Below are positions 1-6,139 of a stretch of DNA of 27,899 bases, one piece after another. How positions within the stretch are numbered: the stretch's first letter is position 1; each line of letters starts with the position of its first letter. The stretch comes from a virus. Its lineage: Duplodnaviria > Heunggongvirae > Uroviricota > Caudoviricetes. Below the pieces are notes generated by a model. That model had not been told where the DNA came from. It ran no database searches and saw only the letters and a list, made by a program, of their open reading frames with translations. Location: IMG/VR virus record IMGVR_UViG_3300042563_002362; one strand, written 5' to 3'. The position numbers were made by a program, and so were the translations under genes.

Positions 1-35
1 GAAAGCCAAAACTATGTCAACTGAGAAATTTTCAT

Positions 36-122
36 GCGTCAGTAAAGCAAGCGGCTCTTGCAGCGAGACTGTAAATCTCGTCCCTTCATTGGGGAGTGGA
101 TCGACACCACACTGGCGCACCA
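36..122 (+). tRNA. tRNA-Tyr(GTA)
   Basis: Acceptor gcgtcag/ctggcgc, loop CT-GTA-AA, long variable arm, CCA; atypical T-loop ATCGACA. Confidence 0.85.
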
Positions 123-131
123 TTTTCTTAT

Positions 132-211
132 CCTCCAGTAGCTCAGTTGTGGTTAGAGCACCTGCCTTATAAGCGGGAGGTCGTGGGTTCGAGCCCCCAC
201 CTGGCGGACCA
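132..211 (+). tRNA. tRNA-Ile(TAT)
   Basis: Cloverleaf; anticodon arm cctgc CT-TAT-AA gcggg; CCA. Confidence 0.88.
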
Positions 212-260
212 AATAATTTGGTTTCTACATGGTAACTTGCATACCTAATGAAATCATTAG

Positions 261-351
261 GCAGCATAATATGATAGCTCAAATGATAAAGAGCTCTCCT
301 TTGCAATACAGGAGACGATGGATTGGTAATCGGAATCCTCATATATGCTGC
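261..351 (+). ncRNA. tRNA-like RNA with extended (about 13 bp) acceptor stem and non-canonical loops
   Basis: gcagcat/atgctgc plus atatga/tcatat; D arm gctc/gagc; arm tctcct/aggaga; T-like arm ggatt/aatcc; no CCA. Confidence 0.55.
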
Positions 352-366
352 TAACAATTTTCATAA

Positions 367-441
367 CCACCTGTAGCTCAGAGGCAGAGCAATCGGTCGA
401 TAACCGATAGGTCGTGATATCGTAATTCACCAGGTGGACCA
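367..441 (+). tRNA. tRNA-Ile(GAT)
   Basis: ccacctg/caggtgg; atcgg TC-GAT-AA ccgat; CCA; atypical T-loop. Confidence 0.88.
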
Positions 442-450
442 TTTCATAAT

Positions 451-525
451 GCGGGTTTGGTGTAATGGCTAACACGCCTTCCTTCCAAGTAGGAGCCAAG
501 GGTTCGATTCCCTTATCCCGCACCA
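451..525 (+). tRNA. tRNA-Gly(TCC)
   Basis: Cloverleaf, loop CT-TCC-AA, GGTTCGATTCC, CCA; A73. Confidence 0.88.
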
Positions 526-533
526 ATTTAATT

Positions 534-609
534 GGGCGCAAAGCATTGATGGCTGATGCACTCGGCTCTTACCCGAGAGAAGCCGGCTCGAGTCCGGATG
601 CACCCACCA
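534..609 (+). tRNA. tRNA-Lys(CTT)
   Basis: ctcgg CT-CTT-AC ccgag; CCA. Confidence 0.85.
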
Positions 610-620
610 ATTTCAAATAA

Positions 621-719
621 CGTCGCGTGTCCGAGTTTGGTTAAAGGAACTCCGCTTGGAACGGAGTGCGAGCAGCATGGGGCTGTTTGCCGTGGGTTCG
701 AATCCCACCGCGGCGACCA
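621..719 (+). tRNA. Class II-shaped tRNA with TGG (Pro) anticodon
   Basis: cgtcgcg/cgcggcg, A73, actccg CT-TGG-AA cggagt, 9-bp variable arm, canonical T arm, CCA. Confidence 0.8.
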
Positions 720-735
720 ATTTCAAAAATCTAAA

Positions 736-804
736 TCGAGTGCTGAAGAATACGGTTACTTCACTTATAAACGAAAAACCCACCGTGTTCGTTTGTTGCC
801 TCGA
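736..804 (+). ncRNA. Y-RNA-like hairpin RNA, family copy 1
   Basis: tcgag/ctcga, GC[T]GA/TTGC bulged helix, gaatacggt/accgtgttc, loop TTACTTCAC..AAACGAAA..CCC; paralog at 1711. Confidence 0.6.
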
Positions 805-808
805 ATAT

Positions 809-884
809 GCCACGTTAGGAGACCGGTAATCCGCCTGCCTGCAAAGCATGGAGATAGTCTGTTCGATTCAGACACGTGGCTCCA
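809..884 (+). tRNA. tRNA-Cys(GCA)
   Basis: gccacgt/acgtggc, loop CT-GCA-AA, U73, CCA; bulge in anticodon stem. Confidence 0.82.
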
Positions 885-890
885 ATTTTC

Positions 891-1046
891 AAATCTAAAT
901 CGAGTGTTGAATGCAGGCCGACCACTAAAGGTTTGTGTTATTCTGATGAAGTAAAATATCGGATGTCGCTTATTAAAAAAGAACTTTATAAAGATCCTAC
1001 TAAGAATCCGATGTATGGTAGGAAAAAGGTGTTTGATGTAAAGGAA
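891..1046 (+). pseudogene. Relic of a homing-endonuclease NUMOD3-type segment
   Basis: Short open frame reading KGLCYSDEVKYRMSLIKKELYKDPTKNPMYGRKK, no start codon; runs into tRNA-Trp. Confidence 0.45.
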
Positions 1047-1100
1047 GCATAACGGTCTCCAAAACCGTTTGTAGGATATCGTAATTCCTAGCACCTGCCA
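1027..1100 (+). tRNA. tRNA-Trp(CCA)
   Basis: acggt CT-CCA-AA accgt; G73; CCA. Confidence 0.87.
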
Positions 1101-1117
1101 ATTTCAATTTCAAACAT

Positions 1118-1192
1118 GCGCGTGTAGCTCAGAGGCAGAGCAGCTCCTTTACACGGAGAAGGCCGGGGTTTCGATATCCTCCATGCGTACCA
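1118..1192 (+). tRNA. tRNA-Val(TAC)
   Basis: Loop TT-TAC-AC; cloverleaf; CCA. Confidence 0.87.
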
Positions 1193-1201
1193 CTTTCAAA
1201 T

Positions 1202-1275
1202 CGCGGGGTAGAGTAGCGGCAACTCAACGGTCTCATAAGCCGTGCACGTGGGTTCGAATCCCACCCCCGCAACCA
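1202..1275 (+). tRNA. tRNA-fMet(CAT)
   Basis: C1xA72 mismatch (cgcgggg/ccccgca), CAT anticodon; lacks the full 3 GC anticodon-stem pairs. Confidence 0.8.
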
Positions 1276-1285
1276 ATTTCAATAT

Positions 1286-1361
1286 GCACACGTACTTTCA
1301 ATGGCAGATGGTTTGATTGTCAATCAAACGGATGCAGGATCGGTACCTGTCGTGTGCGCCA
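1286..1361 (+). tRNA. tRNA-Asp(GTC), divergent
   Basis: gcacacg/cgtgtgc, gtttga TT-GTC-AA tcaaac, G73, CCA; atypical D and T loops. Confidence 0.7.
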
Positions 1362-1370
1362 CTTTCAAAT

Positions 1371-1447
1371 AGAGCCGTAGCTCAGTTGGTCAGAGCGCTT
1401 GCCTGTCAAGCAAGAGGTCGCGGGTTCAAGCCCCGTCGGTTCTGCCA
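1371..1447 (+). tRNA. tRNA-Asp(GTC)
   Basis: Canonical cloverleaf, CT-GTC-AA, G73, CCA. Confidence 0.93.
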
Positions 1448-1456
1448 CTTTAATAT

Positions 1457-1532
1457 AGACATGAACGCACCACGGTTGGGCGGTCCGGTTGTTACCCGGT
1501 TGAATTTGGTTCGATCCCAAGCATGTCTGCCA
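1457..1532 (+). tRNA. tRNA-Asn(GTT), divergent
   Basis: agacatg/catgtct, loop TT-GTT-AC, G73, CCA. Confidence 0.72.
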
Positions 1533-1540
1533 AGTTTAAT

Positions 1541-1617
1541 GCCGCAGTAACCGAATTGGTATAGGTACTTGCCTTAGAAGCAAGGTTTTGTGGGTTCGAG
1601 TCCCACCTGCGGTACCA
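1541..1617 (+). tRNA. tRNA-Leu(TAG), short variable loop
   Basis: cttgc CT-TAG-AA gcaag; A73; CCA. Confidence 0.88.
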
Positions 1618-1631
1618 ATTTAATTCTTAAC

Positions 1632-1706
1632 CCACCGGTAGCTGAGACGGATTAGCGCTAGCCTGAAGAGCCTGAGAGATTGGATCGTTACCAATCCGGT
1701 GGACCA
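1632..1706 (+). tRNA. tRNA-Phe(GAA), mismatched anticodon stem
   Basis: ccaccgg/ccggtgg, loop CT-GAA-GA, CCA; two mismatches in anticodon stem. Confidence 0.72.
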
Positions 1707-1710
1707 TTTT

Positions 1711-1785
1711 ATCAAGTGCTGAAGAACAGTGTTACTTCACATGAAACGAAACCCAAACCCAACATTGTTCGCCTATTGCCTTGAT
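1711..1785 (+). ncRNA. Y-RNA-like hairpin RNA, family copy 2
   Basis: atcaag/cttgat, GC[T]GA/TTGC, gaacagtgtt/aacattgttc; stems differ from copy 1 but pairing is kept. Confidence 0.6.
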
Positions 1786-1797
1786 ACTTTCTTTAAC

Positions 1798-1874
1798 GGG
1801 ACATTCGACAAGTGGCCTAAGTCAGAACTCTCATAAGGTTCCATCCGTTGGTTCGAATCCAACATGTCCTACCA
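1798..1874 (+). tRNA. tRNA(CAT), elongator Met or Ile2
   Basis: gaact CT-CAT-AA ggttc; paired 1:72; CCA. Confidence 0.85.
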
Positions 1875-1884
1875 ATTTAGACGT

Positions 1885-2008
1885 AATGTTGAACATAGCA
1901 TAGATGATAATGCGCCTCTGATTTGCAGAGGAGAAGGTGCTTAGACCACATGATACATAAGTCCTTCAGAATTTCGGTGATCTGAAGAGAAAGAAAACAC
2001 CGTACATT
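1885..2008 (+). ncRNA. Structured element: degenerate cloverleaf plus H-type pseudoknot
   Basis: cttcaga/tctgaag hairpin whose loop cggtg can pair with downstream caccg; upstream hairpins gcat/atgc and cctctg/cagagg. Confidence 0.4.
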
Positions 2009-2014
2009 TTCAAA

Positions 2015-2100
2015 TCCCAAGTAATTCAATGGTAGAATGCAGCGCTGTTAACGCTGAGGCCCTTATAAGGTTAATGTAGGTTCGACCCCTACCTTGGGAG
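2015..2100 (+). tRNA. tRNA-Asn(GTT) with long variable arm, no encoded CCA
   Basis: tcccaag/cttggga, cagcg CT-GTT-AA cgctg, G73. Confidence 0.82.
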
Positions 2101-2127
2101 CTTTCCCCATGTTAGGATATGAACTAT

Positions 2128-2135
2128 TATAAATA
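2128..2135 (+). promoter_or_regulatory. T4-type late promoter TATAAATA
   Basis: Exact motif 4 nt before the ATG at 2140. Confidence 0.75.
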
Positions 2136-2139
2136 GTTT

Positions 2140-2814
2140 ATGTTCTATACGGTTTACAAGATAACTAATTTAATCAACGAAAAGATTTACATTGGAGTTC
2201 ATAAGACAGATGATCTCAATGATTCATACATGGGTTCTGGTCTCTTAATTAAGCATGCTATTTCAAAATATGGCATTCAAAATTTCGTAAAGGAATACAT
2301 TGCAATTTTTAATAATCCTGAAGAAATGTTTAGTATGGAGTCCGAACTCGTTAATGAGGAGCTGATAAAGTCTGGACATTCTTATAATCTAAAAGAAGGC
2401 GGATCTGGTGGTTGGGATTATGTAAACTCTTCAGAAAAAAACATTTATGGTCTAAATGGAAAGACGCCAGATGCCATTGCTAATTTAGCTAAAGGATTAG
2501 AAACTCAAAGATATCTTAGAAAGAACGATCCTGAGTGGGCTGCACGTGTTCATGAAAACCAGTCTATTGCCGCAGTGAATAGAAATAAAAAGTATGGCAA
2601 TGGTTTCAAAGGTAAGTCACACACAGAGCAAACAAAAGCTAAATTACGAAAGCCACGTCCAGCATCCGCTGGAGATAAAAATTCTCAGTTTGGGACGATG
2701 TGGATAACTAATAAGATTTTGAACAAAAAGATTTTGAAAACCGATCCAATCCCAGATGGTTGGATGAAAGGTATGACTCCGAAACAATTAGTGACGGAAA
2801 ATAAATTTAGATGA
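2140..2814 (+). CDS. GIY-YIG (Seg-like) homing endonuclease with NUMOD3-type C-terminus
   Basis: YTVYKITNLINEKIYIGVHKT...YMGSG; GKSHTEQTKAKL; KNSQFGTMWITN. Confidence 0.9.
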   Translation: MFYTVYKITNLINEKIYIGVHKTDDLNDSYMGSGLLIKHAISKYGIQNFVKEYIAIFNNPEEMFSMESELVNEELIKSGHSYNLKEGGSGGWDYVNSSEKNIYGLNGKTPDAIANLAKGLETQRYLRKNDPEWAARVHENQSIAAVNRNKKYGNGFKGKSHTEQTKAKLRKPRPASAGDKNSQFGTMWITNKILNKKILKTDPIPDGWMKGMTPKQLVTENKFR

Positions 2815-3025
2815 CGGCGTGGAAAGCAGACACGCAGGAACAACGACTGGCCGAAACCCTAGGCGGAGATGCACCAAGATGCGCTAGGTTAGTAATCCGG
2901 TCGTGACCGTAGAGAAGAGCCGTGCATGGCAAGTAAACAGAAAGCAAACCGACTTTGAATCGAGAGGCTTGTCCTGTTGATCGGGGTACCCGATGTCAAA
3001 TCCGAGTAGCGACGGATTCATCTAA
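2807..3025 (+). ncRNA. Large RNA with tRNA-like ends and a structured insert of about 140 nt
   Basis: ttagatga/tcatctaa terminal stem, D-like arm gcgt/acgc, caggaacaa/ttgtcctg stem, 3' hairpins. Confidence 0.5.
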
Positions 3026-3026
3026 T

Positions 3027-3101
3027 TGCTCTGTAGCTCAAAGGAAGAGCGCTTGCCTGACGTGCAAGAGGTTTGGGTATCGTGATCCCACAGAGCAACC
3101 A
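3027..3101 (+). tRNA. tRNA-Val(GAC)
   Basis: cttgc CT-GAC-GT gcaag; CCA. Confidence 0.85.
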
Positions 3102-3109
3102 TTTTTAAT

Positions 3110-3184
3110 GCCGGCATAGCTCAGAGGCAGAGCAGTTACCTTGTAAGTAACAGGTCGAGATTTCGAAATTCTCTGTCGGCTCCA
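3110..3184 (+). tRNA. tRNA-Thr(TGT)
   Basis: gttac CT-TGT-AA gtaac; U73; CCA. Confidence 0.9.
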
Positions 3185-3192
3185 CTTTCAAC

Positions 3193-3248
3193 GCTCCTTA
3201 AGCATAGATGGCGATGCGCTGATTTCGTACATCAGAAAGGACGGCTCG
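3193..3248 (+). pseudogene. 3'-truncated tRNA-Thr(CGT), broken in the T-loop
   Basis: Acceptor 5' strand, D arm, ctgat TT-CGT-AC atcag, gacgg ctcg, then HNH leader; no 3' half found. Confidence 0.75.
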
Positions 3249-3263
3249 TAAGCTCGATATTTG

Positions 3264-3271
3264 TATAAATA
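3264..3271 (+). promoter_or_regulatory. Late promoter TATAAATA
   Basis: Exact motif 5 nt before ATG 3277. Confidence 0.75.
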
Positions 3272-3276
3272 CTTTC

Positions 3277-3900
3277 ATGGATTACAAACGCATCTATGAT
3301 GAGCTTATAGCATTTAGAAAGGTTAACATTCCTTCAGGATATGTTGAGCGACATCATATAATCATGACCTCACTAGGAGGCAGTGATGATGCTGATAATT
3401 TAGTTAAGCTAACTGGCCGCGAGCATTGGATTGCTCATCTTTTACTTCACCAGATCTATCAACGATCTGAAACCGCATATGCTTGTCATATGATGGCAAT
3501 GCGATGTGAAGAGCGTGAAATACCATGTATCAAAAGTTCGCGGGTCTATGAAAAGATACGAAAGGAATGTGCTAAATTAACCTCAAAGACAATGAAATTT
3601 CATCAAGCTGGTGAAAGAAATTCGCAATTTGGAACCCGCTACATATGTAATCTTGATCTTAAACAAAATAAAAAGATTAAGAAGACAGACAATATTCCTG
3701 AAGGATGGATTGCCGGTCGTAATAGATGGAATATTGAGTCCAAAGTATCTAAGCCTAAGTATGTACATACTGAAGAGCATAAACGTAACATATCTGTTTC
3801 TAATAAAGGGAAACCAAAAACGGAAGAATGGAGAACACAGATTTCAAACATTCAACGTGGTAAGATTCGAGGACCTTACAAAAAAGCTAACGTCGCATAG
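3277..3900 (+). CDS. HNH homing endonuclease (MobE-like), copy 1
   Basis: ERHHII..SLGGSDD..NLVKLTGREHWIAHLLL; C-terminal NSQFGT and HTEEHKRNIS modules. Confidence 0.9.
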   Translation: MDYKRIYDELIAFRKVNIPSGYVERHHIIMTSLGGSDDADNLVKLTGREHWIAHLLLHQIYQRSETAYACHMMAMRCEEREIPCIKSSRVYEKIRKECAKLTSKTMKFHQAGERNSQFGTRYICNLDLKQNKKIKKTDNIPEGWIAGRNRWNIESKVSKPKYVHTEEHKRNISVSNKGKPKTEEWRTQISNIQRGKIRGPYKKANVA

Positions 3901-3964
3901 CTGGCCAATTGCACATGTTTCGTAATCATGTTTTTCGTGAGTTCAAATCTCACCGTTAGCTCCA
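3886..3964 (+). tRNA. tRNA-Thr(CGT), overlapping the HNH stop codon
   Basis: gctaacg/cgttagc, loop TT-CGT-AA, U73, CCA. Confidence 0.85.
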
Positions 3965-3971
3965 CTTTTAT

Positions 3972-4049
3972 CGGGTATTAGCGTAGCCTGGCTAGCGCGC
4001 CTCATTTGGATTGAGGAGGTCGTAGGTTCGAATCCTACATACCCGACCA
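3972..4049 (+). tRNA. tRNA-Pro(TGG)
   Basis: C1:G72, cctca TT-TGG-AT tgagg, CCA. Confidence 0.9.
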
Positions 4050-4053
4050 CTTT

Positions 4054-4139
4054 ACAGTAAGTCGAAGGCGGATTACTCCACCCAGCCAATTTAGTTGGGA
4101 CTGTATGAATACATTGAATAAACACTCCCTTCTTACTGT
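4054..4139 (+). ncRNA. Y-RNA-like candidate with GTCGAAG motif
   Basis: acagtaag/cttactgt terminal stem, bulged GTCGAAGG, internal hairpin cccagc/gttggg. Confidence 0.5.
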
Positions 4140-4144
4140 TTTAT

Positions 4145-4235
4145 GGAGCGGGCCCAGGCTGGCCGATGGAACATACCTGGAAAGTATGTGGACCCTACAA
4201 AGGTCTCAGGAGTTCGAATCTCCTCTGCTCCGCCA
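4145..4235 (+). tRNA. tRNA-Ser(GGA)
   Basis: Loop CT-GGA-AA, long variable arm, G73, CCA. Confidence 0.88.
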
Positions 4236-4242
4236 CTTTAAT

Positions 4243-4316
4243 TGAGGATTAGCATAATGGTAATGCTCGCGACTTTGACTCGCGCTATAAGAGTTCGATT
4301 CTCTTATCCTCTGCCA
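4243..4316 (+). tRNA. tRNA-Gln(TTG)
   Basis: cgcga CT-TTG-AC tcgcg; U1 mismatch; G73; CCA. Confidence 0.9.
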
Positions 4317-4317
4317 A

Positions 4318-4425
4318 CTTTAATAGTGTAATGGCAGCACGCCTTGATAGGGTTGTTGAGGTTCGATTCCTCTTGAATATGGTAACGTAAATCCGCACAG
4401 GGAAGAGCGGTTCGATTCCGATTTC
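4318..4425 (+). ncRNA. Aberrant tRNA-like element with one D arm and two T arms
   Basis: gtgt-aatggca-gcac D arm; gagg TTCGATT cctc; cgg TTCGATT ccg. Confidence 0.4.
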
Positions 4426-4427
4426 TT

Positions 4428-4526
4428 TGGGTATGATGTAGTGATAGCATGACACCTTCCAGGTTGAGAGGCACTTGCTTCTCTTTATGATAAAGTCAGC
4501 GTACGTTTGATTCGTGCTGCCCAACA
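4428..4526 (+). pseudogene. tRNA-Gly(TCC)-like with insertion of about 30 nt in the 3' anticodon stem
   Basis: tgggta/tgccca, loop CT-TCC-AG, inserted agagg/ttctct hairpin, T arm gtacg TTTGATT cgtgc; ends ACA. Confidence 0.5.
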
Positions 4527-4559
4527 ATTTTCACAATGACTGTTACATGTCGATACGTA

Positions 4560-4703
4560 GGGCATGGACGACCGACGGGGATGCTGGTAGGTGTGCGTCG
4601 GCCTTAACTCGCGCGTTACGTGAGGTAAAGGGGACCAGCATAATATGTCAAAACTGAAACTGCCGAGGGCACGGCTGTAAAACGGTGAAACTCCGATGTT
4701 CCA
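4560..4703 (+). ncRNA. Structured RNA with T-arm-like 3' end and CCA
   Basis: atgctggt/accagcat stem, alternative ccgacg/cgtcgg pairing, cgg-tgaaact-ccg, ends TCCA then the usual AATTT spacer. Confidence 0.45.
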
Positions 4704-4709
4704 ATTTTC

Positions 4710-4873
4710 ACAATGTGTTGGCCGTGATGATGTAATTTACGAGGCCACAAGAATAGATGACTGCGAGTGCGAATGACGAAGTAAGTCTTTTAGACCGAAA
4801 CAAAACAATATCTCGACAAGACCGGATACTTGAACAAATTTCTACTATTCAAACTTCATCGTAAACACATTGT
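4710..4873 (+). ncRNA. Orphan structured RNA
   Basis: 10-bp terminal stem acaatgtgtt/aacacattgt enclosing several hairpins. Confidence 0.45.
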
Positions 4874-4876
4874 TTT

Positions 4877-4919
4877 GCTCGTAGGTGATTCTATGATTCG
4901 TTCATTGTTGCCTACGAGT
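4877..4919 (+). ncRNA. Hairpin element
   Basis: ctcgtagg/cctacgag; 3' TTGTTGCC as in the copy at 736. Confidence 0.35.
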
Positions 4920-5040
4920 TCTAAAATTTACCTAAACGGGCTCATGAAGCGTAGGGACGGGCTCTTCCAACAGCGTGATGGCTGAAGTCTTCGGACGAAG
5001 AGTATGTATATCTTGCAATAAGCGCTTTAATACTTTCAAA

Positions 5041-5115
5041 CGGGGTGAAGCTTTAATGGTGAAGCAGCAGGCTTTTAACTTGCAGAACTGGGATCGTTAC
5101 CCAGCGCCCTGACCA
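5041..5115 (+). tRNA. tRNA-Lys(TTT)
   Basis: gcagg CT-TTT-AA cttgc; T-loop ATCGTTA; CCA. Confidence 0.85.
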
Positions 5116-5134
5116 CTTTCAATATAATTAAACC

Positions 5135-5347
5135 ATGAAGCCAATACTTGCTACAAGTCAATTCTGCGGTCCTTGCAAACTGCTTAAAGACCGCCTTGAT
5201 CCGAACTCTTATGAGGTTCGAGACATGGAAAAAGACCGTGATTTTTTCATCGAAAACGGCATCCGTGCTGTTCCTATGCTCATCATAGGAACCGTGAAAA
5301 TCACAGGAATGGACAAAATCATCGCATATTTCGACGAAAACCCATAA
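5135..5347 (+). CDS. Glutaredoxin/NrdH-like thioredoxin-fold protein
   Basis: CGPC motif, GIRAVPMLII cis-Pro segment, 70 aa. Confidence 0.8.
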   Translation: MKPILATSQFCGPCKLLKDRLDPNSYEVRDMEKDRDFFIENGIRAVPMLIIGTVKITGMDKIIAYFDENP

Positions 5348-5399
5348 CCCATTGGTTTTCAACGGAATGAAAAAAAGTGAAAAAAAGTGAATTTTTTTG

Positions 5400-5428
5400 T
5401 TTACATTTGACCAAATTTGGTTTATAAT
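5400..5428 (+). promoter_or_regulatory. Sigma70-type early promoter TTTACA-N17-TATAAT with upstream A/T tracts
   Basis: Exact motif; the same motif recurs six more times in the window. Confidence 0.8.
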
Positions 5429-5503
5429 AATTCTGTAAGGCAACCCTCGAAGATTCCGACAGACAACTGACAACAGTTCCTGAAAAAATCCAAAAGAAAA
5501 CCC

Positions 5504-5532
5504 TTTACAAGCTGACAGAAACCTGTTAGTAT
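5504..5532 (+). promoter_or_regulatory. Second tandem promoter TTTACA-N17-TAGTAT
   Basis: Same -35 and spacing as 5400. Confidence 0.5.
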
Positions 5533-5603
5533 TAAACATAATCAATTCGGTGGTTCGTTCCGCTAAGTTGGTTACCTTCAGAAAAGAGTTTCTGATTGTA
5601 TCC

Positions 5604-5614
5604 GTTCTTTGACA
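5604..5614 (+). promoter_or_regulatory. boxA-like antitermination element GTTCTTTGACA
   Basis: Resembles rrn-leader boxA (E. coli TGCTCTTTAACA); lies between tandem promoters and the RNA array. Confidence 0.5.
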
Positions 5615-5802
5615 TTTTCTAACTTTGAAAGGAGCACTTCGGTCCCTTTCACCATACAAGACTACAATGCAAATTGTGTCTGATTAGTACGGCCCGGGAC
5701 GGGTTGGGAACATCAGTATGTCAACCGATAAATTTTCATGGTGCCGCCTCGCGAAGTCGGTGGTTAAATGTACGAAGAGAGCAGCCATTATTTTTTTGAG
5801 TC

Positions 5803-5923
5803 GAGTTTAGAACGCGAAGAGGTCAAGTGTGCAACGGTAAAATCTAGAGAGTAACCCTGCATGCGAGCGTAACCTTCCCTACATCGCATAGGGCGCAACA
5901 GGTGCGATTCCTGTAGACTCTCA
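5803..5923 (+). ncRNA. tRNA-like ends with large internal domain
   Basis: gagttta/tagactc; T arm acagg TGCGATT cctgt. Confidence 0.5.
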
Positions 5924-5932
5924 ATTTTCAAT

Positions 5933-6043
5933 AAGAAGGTGGAAACAAAAAGCTGGCGACGGTCAGTGAACAAAGCCAAGCGGTATGGCATCGGACTAAT
6001 TACTCCGATTTCTTCAAGGGTTCAAATCCCTTTCTTCTTTCCA
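5933..6043 (+). ncRNA. tRNA-like RNA with about 35-nt insertion before the D arm and an 8-nt anticodon loop
   Basis: aagaagg/tcttctt, gcc-aagcggtat-ggc, atcgga/tccgat, aaggg TTCAAAT ccctt, CCA. Confidence 0.55.
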
Positions 6044-6052
6044 ATTTCAAAT

Positions 6053-6129
6053 GGGGCGCACAATCCAAAGTGCCTACGTTGTAACTCAACGCAGAGGGCA
6101 AGCCGATTGGGTGTCGGGCCGCTCCACCA
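6053..6129 (+). ncRNA. tRNA-like RNA with Ala acceptor identity and no canonical anticodon loop
   Basis: GGGGCG/CGCTCC gives G3.U70; A73; CCA; 5-nt loop cgttg-taact-caacg. Confidence 0.55.
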
Positions 6130-6139
6130 ATTTACAACC

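Noticed and set aside
943-970. Hammerhead ribozyme (CTGATGA)
   Set aside because: No stem II closed by CGAAA follows; the sequence reads better as a NUMOD3-like coding relic.
3193-3964. Group I intron in tRNA carrying the HNH gene (also 8171-8983)
   Set aside because: No matching 3' exon for the truncated tRNA and no P3-P7 core; the downstream tRNA has its own different acceptor stem.
4774-4802. Hammerhead-like TGACGA...CGAAAC
   Set aside because: It lacks the C3 position and stem II does not close in register.
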